The position numbers and the translations under genes are program-made. A stretch of 63,593 nt of DNA, the filler included, from Klebsormidium nitens (taxonomy: Eukaryota > Plantae > Klebsormidiophyceae), in NCBI GenBank assembly GCA_000708835.1. It is 4 parts of 4 records of this genome, joined end to end, with 100 filler letters (N's around TTAATTAATTAA, not from the genome) between each part and the next. Parts side by side here need not be neighbours in the genome. Positions count along the whole stretch, not along the records: positions 45,945 to 61,391 come from DF237889.1; positions 61,492 to 63,593 come from DF238740.1; 2 more parts are not named here. One strand, given 5' to 3'. Positions 50,301 to 63,593 of the stretch are shown here, one piece after another (the stretch's first letter is position 1; every line of letters starts with the position of its first letter). The notes beneath the pieces are model-generated. The model had not been told where the DNA came from and ran no database searches. It saw nothing but the letters and a program-made list of their open reading frames with translations.

Positions 50301-53300
50301 TATCTACAACTGCTGTTTGAAACCAAGCAGTCGTCTTAGCAAGCTCGCTTATGCGGCCAGGTTGGAAGAACACACGGAGGCCCAATCTCGGTACAAACAA
50401 GTAGACTGGACGAAAGTACGGTTGTGTGTGGCTGCGCTGGCCGCTTTTCGGAACTGCAAACGCTCAATCTCTAAATCAACAGACGCGCTATTTGAAAACG
50501 GGTGGACTTCGGCGGTGCCCTTATGTCCATCGAAAGGTCGCCAAGGTAATGGCAAGAAAACTTCGACCACGTTTGCTGTCGGCCTCGTTCAGGCCTACAT
50601 TGTAAAGCTTCTCCGACGACTCACCGCGCACTCCTGGTGCCACCATGCTGACGTCATCCAGCCGCCCCGACCGGCCCTTGCGGTGACGTGCCCGCCAGGC
50701 TGAGACAGCAGCTCCAAATGAGCACGCTCTGCACCGTCCGGAGCGCCTCCGTACCTGCATTGGAAATGAAACTTCAAGGTGTGGACTGACGAAGCGAGCG
50801 AACGAAGGACTCGCCAAGGAGCCGCCGGAAAGGACGGCCGAGCTCAAAGACTCCTCCGGTTCTGCTTTCCCTCGAGCATTCCGACGCGCCTTTTCAGCAA
50901 AGAGCGGCGAACCAACCCCACCCGCGCAGCAAAAGCATGAGTCGGAGAATATCTCTTTGGACAGGCACGTCGTTTACACGCAAATGCGAGAGGTTTATGG
51001 CTCGACAATTGAGACCGACTTACAAAATTTCTCTTGCTTTCCTCCAATCGAGGGACAGGAACGGAGGACCTTGCACCTCGTAAGCTTAAATGCATCGCCA
51101 AGGTTAGAAGTCGGAGAAAGAAAAGGAAGGAAGGGTAGATTGAGATTTTTGTTTCCCCCTTGTACGTTGGGCAAACATGACGCTGAAACCTTAGCAAGGA
51201 AGACGTGAAAGAGCGAAAAGATATGGGGCAAAGGAAGGACGTGTTTGAAGCGGGCAGTTTAGGATGGGAGACGCAAAAAGAACTGCAGGAGACGCGCAGA
51301 TGATGGCGGATTTACCGCCTACGCTTTCCAAAGGTCCTTTTAGGATGGATATTTTTAGCGAAACCCCATTTGTAACAGATAGTTGGTCAGAACATTACAG
51401 CAGAACGCACGCCGAAGAAACTCAGCTTACCAGTTGACACCCAAATCAGATCCAGCCCGCTCGCATGGTTCAAGACAGCGCGCTCCTAGCGCACTCTTCT
51501 GGAACACTCAGGATGACCAGCCTCGAGATGACGTCACCGTTTTGACCGCGCGAAGCTCCACCAACGTCACTGAAGGCGCCCGATGCTTGAGTTCTTGTTG
51601 TCAAGCAGGACGCGGCAATATGAACTCTCACACCTGCAGCGTGCGGCAACGTTGCATATCAGCCGAGTGATCATGACGCCGATTTGAAAGACACGCGTCT
51701 GACTGGCATTTGCTGTTGGCAAGGGCTGTCAGTCATCTGCTTCGTATTTTCTCTTCAACAAATCATCAAAGCAATCAAAGCACTAGGAATCACACAGGAA
51801 CGTCCGAGTACTGCGCAAGTTCGACACGGCATTGGCTGGTGCGTCAGGGTGATTCCGCCCGATATCCGAGTTCGGAGTAGCCAAACGGCCAGTCACGGTT
51901 GGCCCTGTCAGCGGCAACTTCTTTGCAATGCTCAGTACGAGCTGGGCAGTGGACACGCCAAGTCTGCCGTTCCGAAAGGAGGGAAGCACACGACTGTATA
52001 TAAGGAGTAATCGCATTGAACCTCATTTCGGAGAAACGGTCCTTTTGAGATCAGCGTTGTAAGCTGCTGGCCAGCTCTGTCCAATCCAAAGAGTACTTTT
52101 GCGGCAGTCGAGATCCTACCATGTCGACTTCTAGTTTGGGTATAAGGATTTCGTTGTTCCGGCTTACCAGGCGATGTCCGGTGCCTCGTGGAAGCGCAGC
52201 CAACGCGCTGCAGTCGTCTCCTTGGCCATTAGCACAGCTGACATCACCTAGCCGGCCTTGAGCCCAGCAAAGGTCAGCTGGCCTCCTCCGAAAAGCGGTT
52301 CCTGCATCGAAGCCCAATTCATGTAAGGAAAGGGCTCGTGCAGAGTCACGTAACGGCGAAGCAATGATCTAAATCGTGGAAGTCAGCAGTCAACCTGCAT
52401 ACTTGGAGAGAGATCAGACTTGTTCAAAACCCCGAGTGGCATGGAAACACCACGGGGGAGCCTTCACATTCACTAACAGCGTTCCGCAATGTTCCGTGCG
52501 TTTTCTGGCCTTGAGAATCGAAGCGAGTACATTGGTCAGCTGTACATGAGAACGAACTTTTGGCTGACGTGTTCCTTTGTTGCACGAGCAGATGCGTGAG
52601 CCGCCGGAACACACTATAACGAAGGAAAAGATGGTGATCAGGGGGCGCGGAAAGCAGTCCCAACTATTTGCAACAGAGATCGAGGCACTTAAGTAGCTCA
52701 GCTAAAGTGTTCTTGCCGCCCTTCCAGTCGGAGGCGGTGCAAAAAAGACCTCAACCGGCATACAGCTTCTGTAGCGGTTTAAAAAGTAGTTCCAAAACGG
52801 GACAAAGCTTCCATAGCAGGTGCTGCACGGAGTCCAAGGGGATCAAGCAAAGAGGTAATGCAGTCGGGCTTAGGTGTGCGTTTGTCAATCTCTGATGAGT
52901 GGAATTGTCAAGTTCGCCAGCGTTGGGAAAACCTCTTAGGGCCCAAAGTCACAATTGAGGTCCATCTTGGAACGGAAGTGGCATCGTTCAAGGCACTTCA
53001 AGCAAGCAGACACAACCATTGCTTCTAAGTTGCTCGGTCTACCACTGAAATGATCAGAAACTGAACGACCAGCTAGAGCGGCGAATAGGAAGCGTGGATG
53101 TGAGTCTTACTTTTACGGTGCGTCCCAAGGAACGGACCCAGCAAAACGGAGCACAACTTGGAAGCTCACGTTTGAAGTCAGCTGCTGGTAGAGCTAACAC
53201 TACTCAGCTCCCGCCGAGTCTACCAAACGCATCGGCCAGAAAGTGCGAGAGCAGACATGATTATCGTTGATGAACAAATTTTCAAAAACCGAAAGTTCAT

Positions 53301-56300
53301 CAGGAAGACTCATGGAGACCCCGCCAACCGGTTCCGTTCCGGGATCCGCCCGCACAGAGCGGAATGCACCCGACAGACCGAGGCTTTGGCTGTCTCTTAC
53401 GGATCGAACTTCAAACCCCAGCAAGAAGTTGAAAACTTGACGGCCGCGTTTCAAGGAGCATACCTGCCCTGTTTCCGGCACCGGCCCTGAGTTGCCAAGC
53501 CGAAGTCAATGCGCGGCTGGTTTGCCCTGACGTCAGCCGATGACGTTCGAAGTTGAATGATGTTCTGCTGCGAAAGGGAACCCGGTGGCTGACGGGAACC
53601 CCCCGGAACAAGACGGGTGCGGGGACGATACGCGGGTTGGGCGGGTGCTCGATGCGCGACAACGTGATGGAGAACACGCTGCACATGAGGAATTGAAGGT
53701 CAGCCTCAACAAGCTACGCGAAACAATTACTTTCAACGTTGAGAGCGTGCACTAAGAAACGATCCGTGACCAGTGTTAACGACTGGTGCCAGATATCGAG
53801 CCGCACTTGGGACGCGGCGACTCAATCTTGTGGTTGTGAAGCGAAACACATAAGATCGTTGTTCTAACAAGACGAGAAATACCAAGTAGCGCAGCGTCCA
53901 CAAGCAAAGAACGAACGTCCAAAGCAGGCCAGAACCCTATGCCAGATTCTTACTAAAAAGCTTTTGAAAACTCCGGTCTCCTCGTCAGCCGAAGTGTGAG
54001 AACAGGGTACATCGGCACCTGGTTGTCACGATCAAAGTCAGCGCAAAAACAACGTTGCACTCGTTTTGCAGAGATCTCGATTCTGGCTGACTTCGTGGTT
54101 GCAATCGGTGACATAAGGCTTATCGCGTAAAGCAAGTATGCCGCCTCTGTATGCAAGTAAGAAGAAAGGGGAACCCCGGAAATCAGGGCTACGTTCGTGC
54201 AGCCAATCCTCAGATCAATCAAACCGTCATGTTGCAGGATGGATCTCCGAGACAAGACTTGCTTTCACCTGAGGCTCAATTGCGTTGCAAGAAGCGGAAC
54301 CTATGGGGTCTGTATCCAATGATTGTGGAAGGCTAATCACCGGGAAACTTGTGAAGCCCAACTTAAGGACACGTTGAAAAGCCTTCAATTTCATCGATAC
54401 GGCTGCTCACAAAGGCAGACAAAGATGGATGTCTGGGATGCACTGTCGCTCACCTGTATCCAAGGCGCTCGACGCGCAGCCCCATTGCGGGGCCTGCCCC
54501 GACTGCTGAGTCCACCAGGCCCCGAGGCCCAACCCCAGCTCTCGCCCCACTCGCGCTCAAGCTTCGTACGCTCGTTCATTGAAACGGAGAGGCGCGGGAC
54601 CAGCTGTGCAGTGAAGTCACCCGGACCTTGCTGACGTCAGCACCGGGAGCCGGCTCGGGGGTCCGTCGGACGGGGTGCGTGAAGCACGCGGCGCCGGCCG
54701 GAGTCCGACCCGCGGAACACTGCGAGAGCACGAATGACGTCAACAGGGGGCCGTGATGACGTCAGCAGGAAGGCAACGCGAATCGCAGTACAAGTTGTAA
54801 GACGCGGCGTTGGAGAGCACGGCGTCCTGAGAGGGGAGTCGGAGAATAGATAGACGGCAGCACGCCCAATGCCGTCCAATGGCAGGAAATAAGAGGGAAC
54901 AGAACACAAGCGGAACGATGAGACAGAGGGTTTGAATTTGATAACGGCCGGTATTGCCGAACTCTCGATGAGGTGCGCATACGAGAAGGGCTTTCTATTT
55001 CAAGTACGTGATGCGCAAGTACACCAGTTCTGATTGTACGGTCGGAAAAAAAGGGTTCACTAGACTCCGATCAGGTTGGATTGGAGCGAAGTCTCCGTGC
55101 CTTCACTCAGGTTTGAGTAACCCTTTTTTGAATGTAAAAGATGATGCAAGGACCTCATTTTCCACTAGGAAGGAGCCCGACAGTTTCCAAACGCAGATTG
55201 AGAACTGTAAGAGAAGAACATCAGGCAGCATATTGTCCAGTAAAACGAACCCTCTCATCAGTTAAGACCGCAAAAAAGATCCTTTCAACGTAGGCAGCCC
55301 AACCTTCAAAGAAAGCGCGTCAAGTCTTGCACTGAAGACACTGTGGCTGTCCCGTTCTCTGGAATCGTTTCGCCGGCTTCGAAGCCTGGACAGCAGTTAC
55401 CGCTTCCTCTTGGGATGACCAGAACGGCCGCTTACAAGCTTCCAATCGTCAGAATCCATCCTGTCCGCAGACGTTCCTGTTTAGTGACGACTGTAAGAAA
55501 TATTTACGGATCCTTAGCTCTTTGCGACCAACTTCAATAAGGTGCGGGAAAGTTTTAGACTGCGCGTCTTGGCTCACCACGCTCACCGGCTCGTTCGAAG
55601 CATTCGCCCCGCTCACGGTGGTGGCACCAAAAGGCGCCTCCGCAGCCAGCCTGCTGGTCGACTTGCGTGCTTCAGCGCCAGCCGCGACCCTGAGAAAAGA
55701 CCATACTCTTCTCAGCGGGACAAATCTGGACACTGACGTGTATTAAGAGAAAAGAGCGAGAAGGTATCGATACCTATCAGCCCCCCAATGGCTGGCTCAA
55801 AAGACTACGAATTTCCAAAAGATATTCGCCTGAAAAAATCCGGTCTAATTAAGCTACGGAAGATGATTTGCTGCTTAACGTGCACACAAAGTCACCTTAC
55901 AGGCATGGAGGGAACAGCCTTGTCGGGTCAAGTCCGCCTTTGCCATAGGCCGTACTCTCGAGTATCTTAAATGTGCAACCTCATTTAGCAGCTTAGAACA
56001 AACGCAAAACTTCGCAAGATTCGTTGTGCGTCTCCGGGCTCCACTCACAACCAAGCGGACGCCCAACTGGAGAAGTGAAACGGATTCTACAGGGAAGGGG
56101 CGCCCTTCTTCCGCGTATCTCCCCGTGGCTGAAGCGGTCAAAAGAGCATTCTTTTACCATCGTCCACATAAATCAGCCTCTGGTTTGGAATCCGCACGTG
56201 GACACGGTGCTCCTGAGACTCACCCTGTTTGGTTCTACTCCGCGCGCTCAGCTGACAAGGAGCGTAAATACACGTACGCACCGCTGGCCTAATAGTTAAG

Positions 56301-56968
56301 CTTGCACGGAGGGATCGGGCAAGCGTAACCAAAGGCAATATTGGAGATCAGCCCTGCAAGGGATAAGCAAGTTTTCAGAGACAGCCCCGGCAATTTGCCC
56401 AAAGTGAAGCAGGAACTTGGAACATAGAATGAAGCACAAGCCTATCTTCAAGAGCGAGTTGACTTAGGAGCCAGTTTAGAGATTCTCTACCCAAGTGATT
56501 TCTCGAGTGGTTTTCAAGAATGCAAAATAAGCACAGCAAGCTCGGCAATCCCAAAGGGAGCCTGACGAGGAGGAATAGATGCCGTTAGGTCCATCAGGCA
56601 AACTATGCAAAGCCCTGCACTCGTCGTCATCAACAAGGACGCCGAAAATGACAAGCTCTACTCTAAGTTGGAGTAGGCAGCACAGGAACTTGAAAGGATT
56701 CATACACGTGTAGGGCGTCCTTACGAAGGAGGGCACAAGCGAAATCAAAAGACTGACATTTTTTTCGAAGAGAGCAGAACGATAGCAAAGTGTCTTAAGT
56801 GCTTTCACTCTCTTCAGAACGCTTGAAGCTTTGGAACGTGTGACTATGTGGATTTCAATCAGATGCTTGATTTCGCTCTTTCCATTGCTGAAATTGCATC
56901 TTTCAAAGCCATCGTTCCTTCCACTTACCACAGCTGTTTTGTACTCCCGCCTGCGCTCACAGCCACGA

Positions 56969-59279
56969 CTACCGCTCCTGCTCCGCCCCCTCGCCCGCTT
57001 TCTTGCCGCCGTTAGTTTCTTCCGGCCTGCCACTGCAGCCTTCCGCAGCACCCCATTCTACCGGTTCCAAAGCTAAAAGGCGCAGGATCTGCGGCCCAAG
57101 GTCTCGAAGCTCACTTCGGTTCTCTTGGTACTTGGACCATTGGATTCTACAGAAGTTCTCCAGCTTTTGAAGGCTCCCCGGCTGTGCCTTAATTGCCCGC
57201 GCGGTCTCGCTGTCCGCTGCCAGACTCTTCAGAGCCCTTGCTGCATATGCATCCTCGTGTATCTCAACGTCGAGAATCTCTAGGAGTCCTGCTAAGGCCC
57301 CGGGCACCGACGCTATAGCTCTCCCAACCGCCATGTCGTCCGCCAAGTCAGCAAGCACGGACGCTTGGACCTGCGGAGCCCAGACTACCTCCATCACGGA
57401 GACAAGTCTTTCCAGGCACCCCGGAACGGCAGCGATCGTTTTCCGGTTCGCTGGGACCGCCGTCAGGTTCTTCAAAACGCTGGTTGCCGAATCCAGCAAA
57501 TCTCTGTTGTCTTCATTTGCGTCGAGAATATCGACGAGCCGCTGCAGGACGCCTGGTGCTTCCATGACCGCCTTCTGTACGTCAGCCTCTTCCGTCAACT
57601 TCCAGAGGAGTTCGGTGCTCCAAGCTGTTAGGACCGCGTCTCCCAATGTTCCCAGCAATGCAAGGAGCATCTTCAAACACCCAGGCGCGCTGGCATGACC
57701 CTTCTCTTTGCAGTGTCCGCAGCAAAAGCGTCCAGTATCATAAGACTACTTACTTGTGCGCTCGCACTTGCGCCGCCTAGCAGGCTCAACAACTCATCCA
57801 GAATCCCGGGCGCTTCCCACACCATTTTTCCATACTCTCTACTTGCTCCAAGGCCCCGAAGTATATCTCCCGCCGCTTGTTGCGCGTACGAGCTCGCACT
57901 GCGCAAGAGGCTGAGCAACTTTTTCAGGCACCCCGGCAAAGGGACGATAAGTGCTTGATGCGTCCATGCCAACCCCTTCAATGCCCCTACCACAGGCTCA
58001 AGCGCCTCATGCGTTAGTCCAGCATCCAAAAGCCCCACCAGCTTTTCCACAAGATCCGGCACATTGGGGATTGCCTCGCAAAGGGCGTAATCGCACACCA
58101 CCTTCTCAAGGACGCAGGCGGCCAGTTCACGCATGGCCCCACATCCAAGGAGATCAACGAAACAACGCAAGCACCCCGGCGTGTTTGCTATGACCACTCG
58201 CGCCTCGGGCTCAGCCGCCAAACTCTGCAGAGCCCCCAGGACACTGCTGCCAAAGGTGCGCCAACCAAAAGCTCCGCCAAGCGCGGCACTATGTCAGGCG
58301 TATGAACTATGAATCTGCCTGCAGTGTCGTCGGCTGCCAGTTCCCACAGAAGTCCAGGCACAATCTTCTGGAGGTCTCCACTTGGGGCTTGCAAGAGAAC
58401 CCCAAGGCGCTGTAAACACCCTGGCGCCTGCGCAACGGCCACCCTGCTCCCAGCGTTGCTTGCCAGAGCCAGCAGCACCCTGACAGCCTTCTCTCTTATA
58501 AGTATGCTGCGGCTGTCCAGCAGGGCAACGACTTTCTCTAGGCTCCTTGGAATGCTGATTCTTGATGGATTTTCAGTATCAATCCCGGCTGCTTCGTTGC
58601 CCCACCAAAACATTTTCCTAAGGGAGCTTGACCTCAGGGTGTACGTTGCCCCCATCAAACAGTTCAGCTCCAGGCTTGTCAAGGACGGGAACCGCTCGAT
58701 GAACGCATCGAATCTAAGAGGGGAAACTGCAAACCCTTGCAAAGTCAAGGTACGCAACCGAGCAAAAGGCTTTGGCAACCAATCATTGCACAAGAGCCTT
58801 TGAGAAACCTGCAGTTCTCTTGTCCAGTAGAGAACCTCCAGAGTCGCCAGCTCTTTGCATGCCTGAAACATCAGGAGCATGTACTCAAAATCGATGATGC
58901 TTGCTGCTCCTGCCCCTCCCATAAACAAGTGAATCTCCCCAAGCGAGTCCTGTGCCTGGAGAATGATGGACTGCAGGATAGCTGCTAGATTCACCGGATG
59001 CTCCACAACCAAAGCCACTTTTGTCAAGAGGGAAGCGCACTTTCTCTGCTGGAGCATGTACCGCAGGAAAGCTGATTCATCTTCAGACTGGTTGAAATCC
59101 CACTCCAGACACCCAGCATTGTGCACTAGTTCCTGGAATCGCTTGCAGACTGCCTCTAGCCGCAGCCTTTGGAGGGCCTTGGGCTCGCCAAACGTGTTTG
59201 GATTCCACAGCAGCTTCTCAAAGATCTGCCCAACCAAATCGTCGCTCAAGCGCTCAAAACAATTCGTGCGCGTTTCCAC
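56969..59279 (-). pseudogene. F-box + LRR-like + armadillo-repeat protein with two frameshifts
   Basis: FERLSDDLVGQIFEKL...LEAVCKRF (F-box); repeated xAxxPGCLxxLVxLL ARM units; apparent 1-bp deletions near 58243 and 57695 join three ORFs. Confidence 0.8.
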
Positions 59280-59838
59280 GGCTTTTGGCGGAGATGGCCT
59301 CTACGTTCGCTTCCCTTGCACTAGTTGGGAATTGGACGGAACAACACTGTCAACAGACAATGAAGTTGGTGCAGCGCTTTCAAATCACTGTTCAGAAGCC
59401 CTTCACTGCTCAGGCTTCAGAAAGAACATTTGTTCAACTTAATTCAAGTTTCAATCAAGTGAAAGCGCGCGGCTGCGCAGTGCGCACCCACTGCCAGCCT
59501 GTGTTTTTTCTGGTGTTGACATTGAAATGACCGTCGATCTGGCATCTTGGAGCAAGACAGCCGCTCGATGAAGGGATCATCAGTACTGGGAAGAGAGGTC
59601 CAGCTTCTCAGGATGTATACGTAGCGACCAAACACGCGGAAAAGTGCCTGGATTGGTCGCCACCGCAGTTTCCAGATGTCACGAATTCAAAAGCTTCATC
59701 CCTTGTCACCATTGGCATTGCCAAAGCCAGCATTGCAGGAGCGCAGGCTCCTATAGATGTGCGATTGTAGGTGCTACTGTATTAGCTGGTGATTTGGGGA
59801 CAGAGTTGACCGCTGCCGCTTGAGGTGCCAGTGGAAAC

Positions 59839-61391
59839 ATGGAGCCACATAGCAACTTCTTTGACACTCTGAGCGATCATATGAATTGTTGGAGTGCATT
59901 TTCGAGAAACTTCTGTGGAATCCTCAGCGTTTGGGGCGCCGCACAAGGCTCGCGAAAGAGTGTGGCTGGAGTCCGTCTGCAAAAGGTTCCAAAGGCTAGT
60001 GCACATGTCCGGGTATCTGGATTGGCAGTTCGTCAAGCCTGAGGATGGAAACGCATTCTTGTGTTACATGGTGCGCCAACGTTCGAAAATGTACAAGGCT
60101 CTTGACAAAGGTAGCTTTGGATGTTGAGGCATCAGTGCAGTTGGTCGCGATCCTCCAGGCAGTCATTTTTGCAGCCCAGGACAGCCTTGAGGAGCTTCAC
60201 TTGTTCGTAGGGCGTCTTGTCCTACAGGATGCAGTCAGTTGGGAACACATTTTCCTTCTCCTTGCTGCGGTGGAAAGGCTCCGCATTCTGGACATATTCC
60301 TTTGGGGAGAAGAACATAGGCGGCGGTCGCTGGTGGCTTTGAGCACATTCTGGCTCCCAAAACCCTTCGAAAACCTGCAGTCCCTCACACTGTACGGCTT
60401 TGCCATCCCCAGTGATCAATCTGGCGCACTCTTGAAAAGCTTCCCAGTGTTAAAAGCCTTGGAGCTTCATTCATACGTGGGCGAAACCTGTGCCCTTGAG
60501 GAAAGACTGTTGGAGAAAGCCTTCTGGTGGGGCAACCAAAAAGCTGGCATTGATGTGGCAAATCCAGAAAGAGTTAGTCTGCCTCGAGAAGCCTTGGAAA
60601 AGTGGTGGCGCTGTTGGGGAGCAAAATTCTGGTTGTAAGCCAGACGGCTGCAGTGACGCTGCGCACTCTGTCAGATAGCGCCGATGCTCGGAAAGCCATA
60701 GCCGCGGTTCTTGGGACTCTAGACAGCCTGGTGGAGCTTCTCAATAGCGGCGGGTATGCGTCTGCTGCAGCTCTGCAAAGACTTGCGGATGAGCCTGCCA
60801 ACAAGAGCCGCATAGCCAGTGAACCTGGTTGCCTGCAAAAGCTTCTCTCTCTCTTGGAGCGATACGATCCTTTCGATAATGAGATAGCTGAGATAGCTGC
60901 ACATACGCTGGTCAGTCTGGCGGCGGATGCTCATGTGCGAAAGCAAATCGGCGGGGATACTGAGATGGTGAGAAGACTTGTACACAGTCTCTGCAGCGGG
61001 TATGGGAGGGCGCGTGGGAAGGTGCGTGCGTTGTCTGGCTGGGTGCTTTGGTGCTTAGCCAGTTCAGGCGCTGGGGATGCGGTTGCTACTTCCGGGGGGC
61101 AAGTGTGCCTGCAGAAACTTGTTGCGCTTCTGGACGATGCGGGCCTGAGCATGCATTGCGGGGAGTTGCTCGTTGCCCTGTGCAATGATGGGGAGATCCG
61201 GAGGACTGTAACCTCAACGCCTGGGTTTCTTGCAAGCTTGTTGGGTCTGTTGACGAGCGAGAGGTTGGATTTAGGGATAGCAGCAGTTGAGAGCTTGCAG
61301 ATCTTGGCGACAGATGCAGAGAGCCGCAAGCTCATTGCCTTGGTTCCCGGGGGGCTCCAAAAGCTGATAGGCCTGGTGCAAAAGGGGGGGG
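59839..61391 (+). pseudogene. Divergently oriented paralog (F-box + LRR-like + ARM) with several frameshifts, truncated by a gap
   Basis: Homologous blocks LESVCKRF, AQDSLEELHLF, WLPKPF, FWWGN and ARM units spread over four frames. Confidence 0.78.
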
Positions 61392-61512
61392 NNNNNNNNN
61401 NNNNNNNNNNNNNNNNNNNNNNNNNNNNNNNNNNNTTAATTAATTAANNNNNNNNNNNNNNNNNNNNNNNNNNNNNNNNNNNNNNNNNNNNGTTCGCGTC
61501 ACGTCTTCGAGG

Positions 61513-61945
61513 GAATGTTCAGAATGAACTGTCGAGAATGTTCAGAATGAACTCCGAGTCGTTATCCGAGTCGTTATCCGAGTCGTTACCCGAGTTATCG
61601 TGGTAGTCGACAAAGTTGCCCAGCTTAGTATTGCCGGCATGGCACTGCCAGCTGGGGGGGGGGGAATTGGAGGCAAAATCCTTCCTCCGGCGTATGTACA
61701 GTGGCCATCGAAGGGCCATATATAGCTTTGTGATGATTTGTGTGGGTTTGTATTAGACAATCAATCGATACATGCTTGCATCGGCGGTACGGCAAGGACC
61801 TAGTACCGCACGGCAGCTGCCATGCCGGAGGAGCAGTTCTGCCGGAGGAGCAACTGGCCGGAGCAGTAGTCGGCCGGTGGAGCAATTGGCCGGAGCAGTG
61901 GTCGGCCGGAGGAGCTGTCTGCCGGGGGAACATGTAGCCGGAGCG
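61513..61945. repeat. Short tandem repeats
   Basis: GAATGTTCAGAATGAACT x2, CCGAGTCGTTA(T/C) x3, and about 8 GCCGG(AG)GAGCA units at 61820-61945. Confidence 0.7.
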
Positions 61946-63593
61946 GTAATGACTGCTAGTGATTGGTAATAGTTGACAATAGACTATTGTTATTGCTAGT
62001 ATTGTGGACGGCTTTTAGCCCGATAGCCCGACCTAGTTGTTGGTATAGTTAAATCAGAGGTCGGATGTCGTCATTAGAAGTCCCTAGAAGTATTGTGATG
62101 TCATAGGTGTCGCTACCAAGGGGTCGTTACCAGGGTGTCGTACCTAGAAGACCCTAGAAGACTTGTGGTCGTCACTTGACGGACTTAGGAGAAGTGCCCC
62201 GAATTTGGGACTTCCTGAACTTTGTGGCTGCTTAAGCAATCTTTTGTAAGTTAGCCTTTAAGAAGAGAATGCCATGCCGTGAGGAGCCGGTGCCGTAACA
62301 CGTTGTGCGCACGCGGCCGCGGTCCGGTAGAGTAAGGCGGGCGGCTGACAGGTATCATCCACGCCGAGGTTTCGAGGTTTCCGAGGCCCTGGTGGCCTGT
62401 CGAGTCCGCACGAGGGCAATCCCCCACCGTAGAGTGATAGCCAGTGACGAGGCTAGGTCACACGAGAGAGACCACATGCTAGGGTTGACAGTAGTTGACT
62501 CCCGGTCTTAGTGTAGATCTGGGACCGGGTGATTCCATCTCCGGCCTAGTGGTAGTGCTAGTATAACTACTTGCTTCTAGAGTAGTGTAACTCACTTCTC
62601 AAGTTGCAAGTTCTCCACGAGCTTCCTTGTAAAGGACAATGGCGACCGAGCATGTGAGAAGGATCTGAGCATTTAGCCGTGGTGCATTGGTGTGGAGCTT
62701 CGTCTCCGGTGATGTGAGTATGACGGGCTGAGCATGGGTGCCTTCTTGGTATGCGAGTCATTGGGAGGCCGGAGCAATGTGTGAGAAGTCATAGCATGGT
62801 GTGGGGTGCACGTGCTATTATGTTGTATCTATCCATGACTATCCCTTGAGCAAGCACCAATCTGTTAAGCCATGACGTGGCATTTACTTGCAACTTGAGA
62901 AGTGCTTGCTTGGTGGTCATTAGATCAGAGCATGGGCTTGTCAATTGAGTGGGGGGGTGTAGCTAAAAGGAAGCACGCCTGCCTCTGCAGTGACAAGTGT
63001 GTTCCCGGTGCGAGGGTTTTGCGCTTCGGGGACTGTTCGCAGTGATTTGAGCTGCGGGGTGACGGATCAAGAACCTGAGGTTCTTTTGCCAATTGCTTCA
63101 CTCGTTTGTTGGGGTCCTTGGGGCTCTGGCAGCGGGTCAGCAGTCACCGGTGAGCAACCAGGGGAAGGGGCATTGCGTTTGTTCCTGCTTGTTGCTTGAT
63201 CTGAGCTCGGGTGTAGCTCAGGGGAGTCAGCATTCTTGAAGTGCTTCGGGAAGGGGCACTGGAGTTGTTGACTGATTGCCTAGGGCCCAGGAAAGGGTGC
63301 CGGAGGTGGGTTTGAGCACCGGTGTGTGTTTGGGATAGGGGGTGTAGCTATAGTGTATAGCTTGTAACCTCCGGTTGCGCTGGTCTCTGCGTATGCAGCC
63401 CCAGCAAGACGGTTCTCCAGGTCCTACATATTGGACAAGGAGCCAGGGACCTGCTCCGGCAGCTGCCCCAGCTGAGGATCGTGCTTCAGCAGCCCGGGTC
63501 CTGTCGGAGTCTTCTATCCTGAGTAGCAACGCTACCGATGAGTCTGAATCTCCGACCTCCATCCCTCTTGGTGGACGGCCCAATCAGCCTGTC

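Noticed and set aside
47400-56900. Many short ORFs (60-190 aa)
   Set aside because: I found no recognisable motifs and could not build a consistent exon chain. There may be decayed genes, but no call is supportable.

Overview
Eukaryotic, intron-rich scaffold from the green-plant lineage. It carries a plant-type NCL exchanger and CENH3; a charophyte alga such as Klebsormidium is my inference. Left to right: (1) a Crinkler/REase-like gene fragment (301-1607); (2) a young Ty3/gypsy chromovirus (3654-12597) with apparently identical 652-bp LTRs, ACATA TSD, tRNA-iMet PBS, a -1 frameshift signal and a degenerate N6-adenine-MTase-like domain ahead of the protease; (3) the main result, a virus-like region at ~12.6-30.4 kb; (4) host genes NTM1, NCL and CENH3; (5) a head-to-head pair of frameshifted F-box/LRR-like/ARM genes. 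The virus-like region is built around one hand-assembled gene of ~19 phase-consistent exons. It encodes a Cys/His-rich N-terminal part, a 2A/StopGo-like motif (GVESNPGP), an acidic linker, a PrimPol-type AEP primase with Zn finger and a UL9-like SF2 origin-binding helicase. Its introns hold arrays of a ~55-bp imperfect palindrome (GTACCA...TTCTTAAGAA...TGGTAC) and nested antisense intronless ORFs, one phage-like. An inverted 8-copy array lies at ~29.4-30.4 kb, after integrase-like, SWIM-like and RING-like ORFs. This copy is disrupted, and I found no termini, capsid gene or protein-primed polymerase. All gene models and family assignments come from manual motif and splice-site reading, not from database searches.
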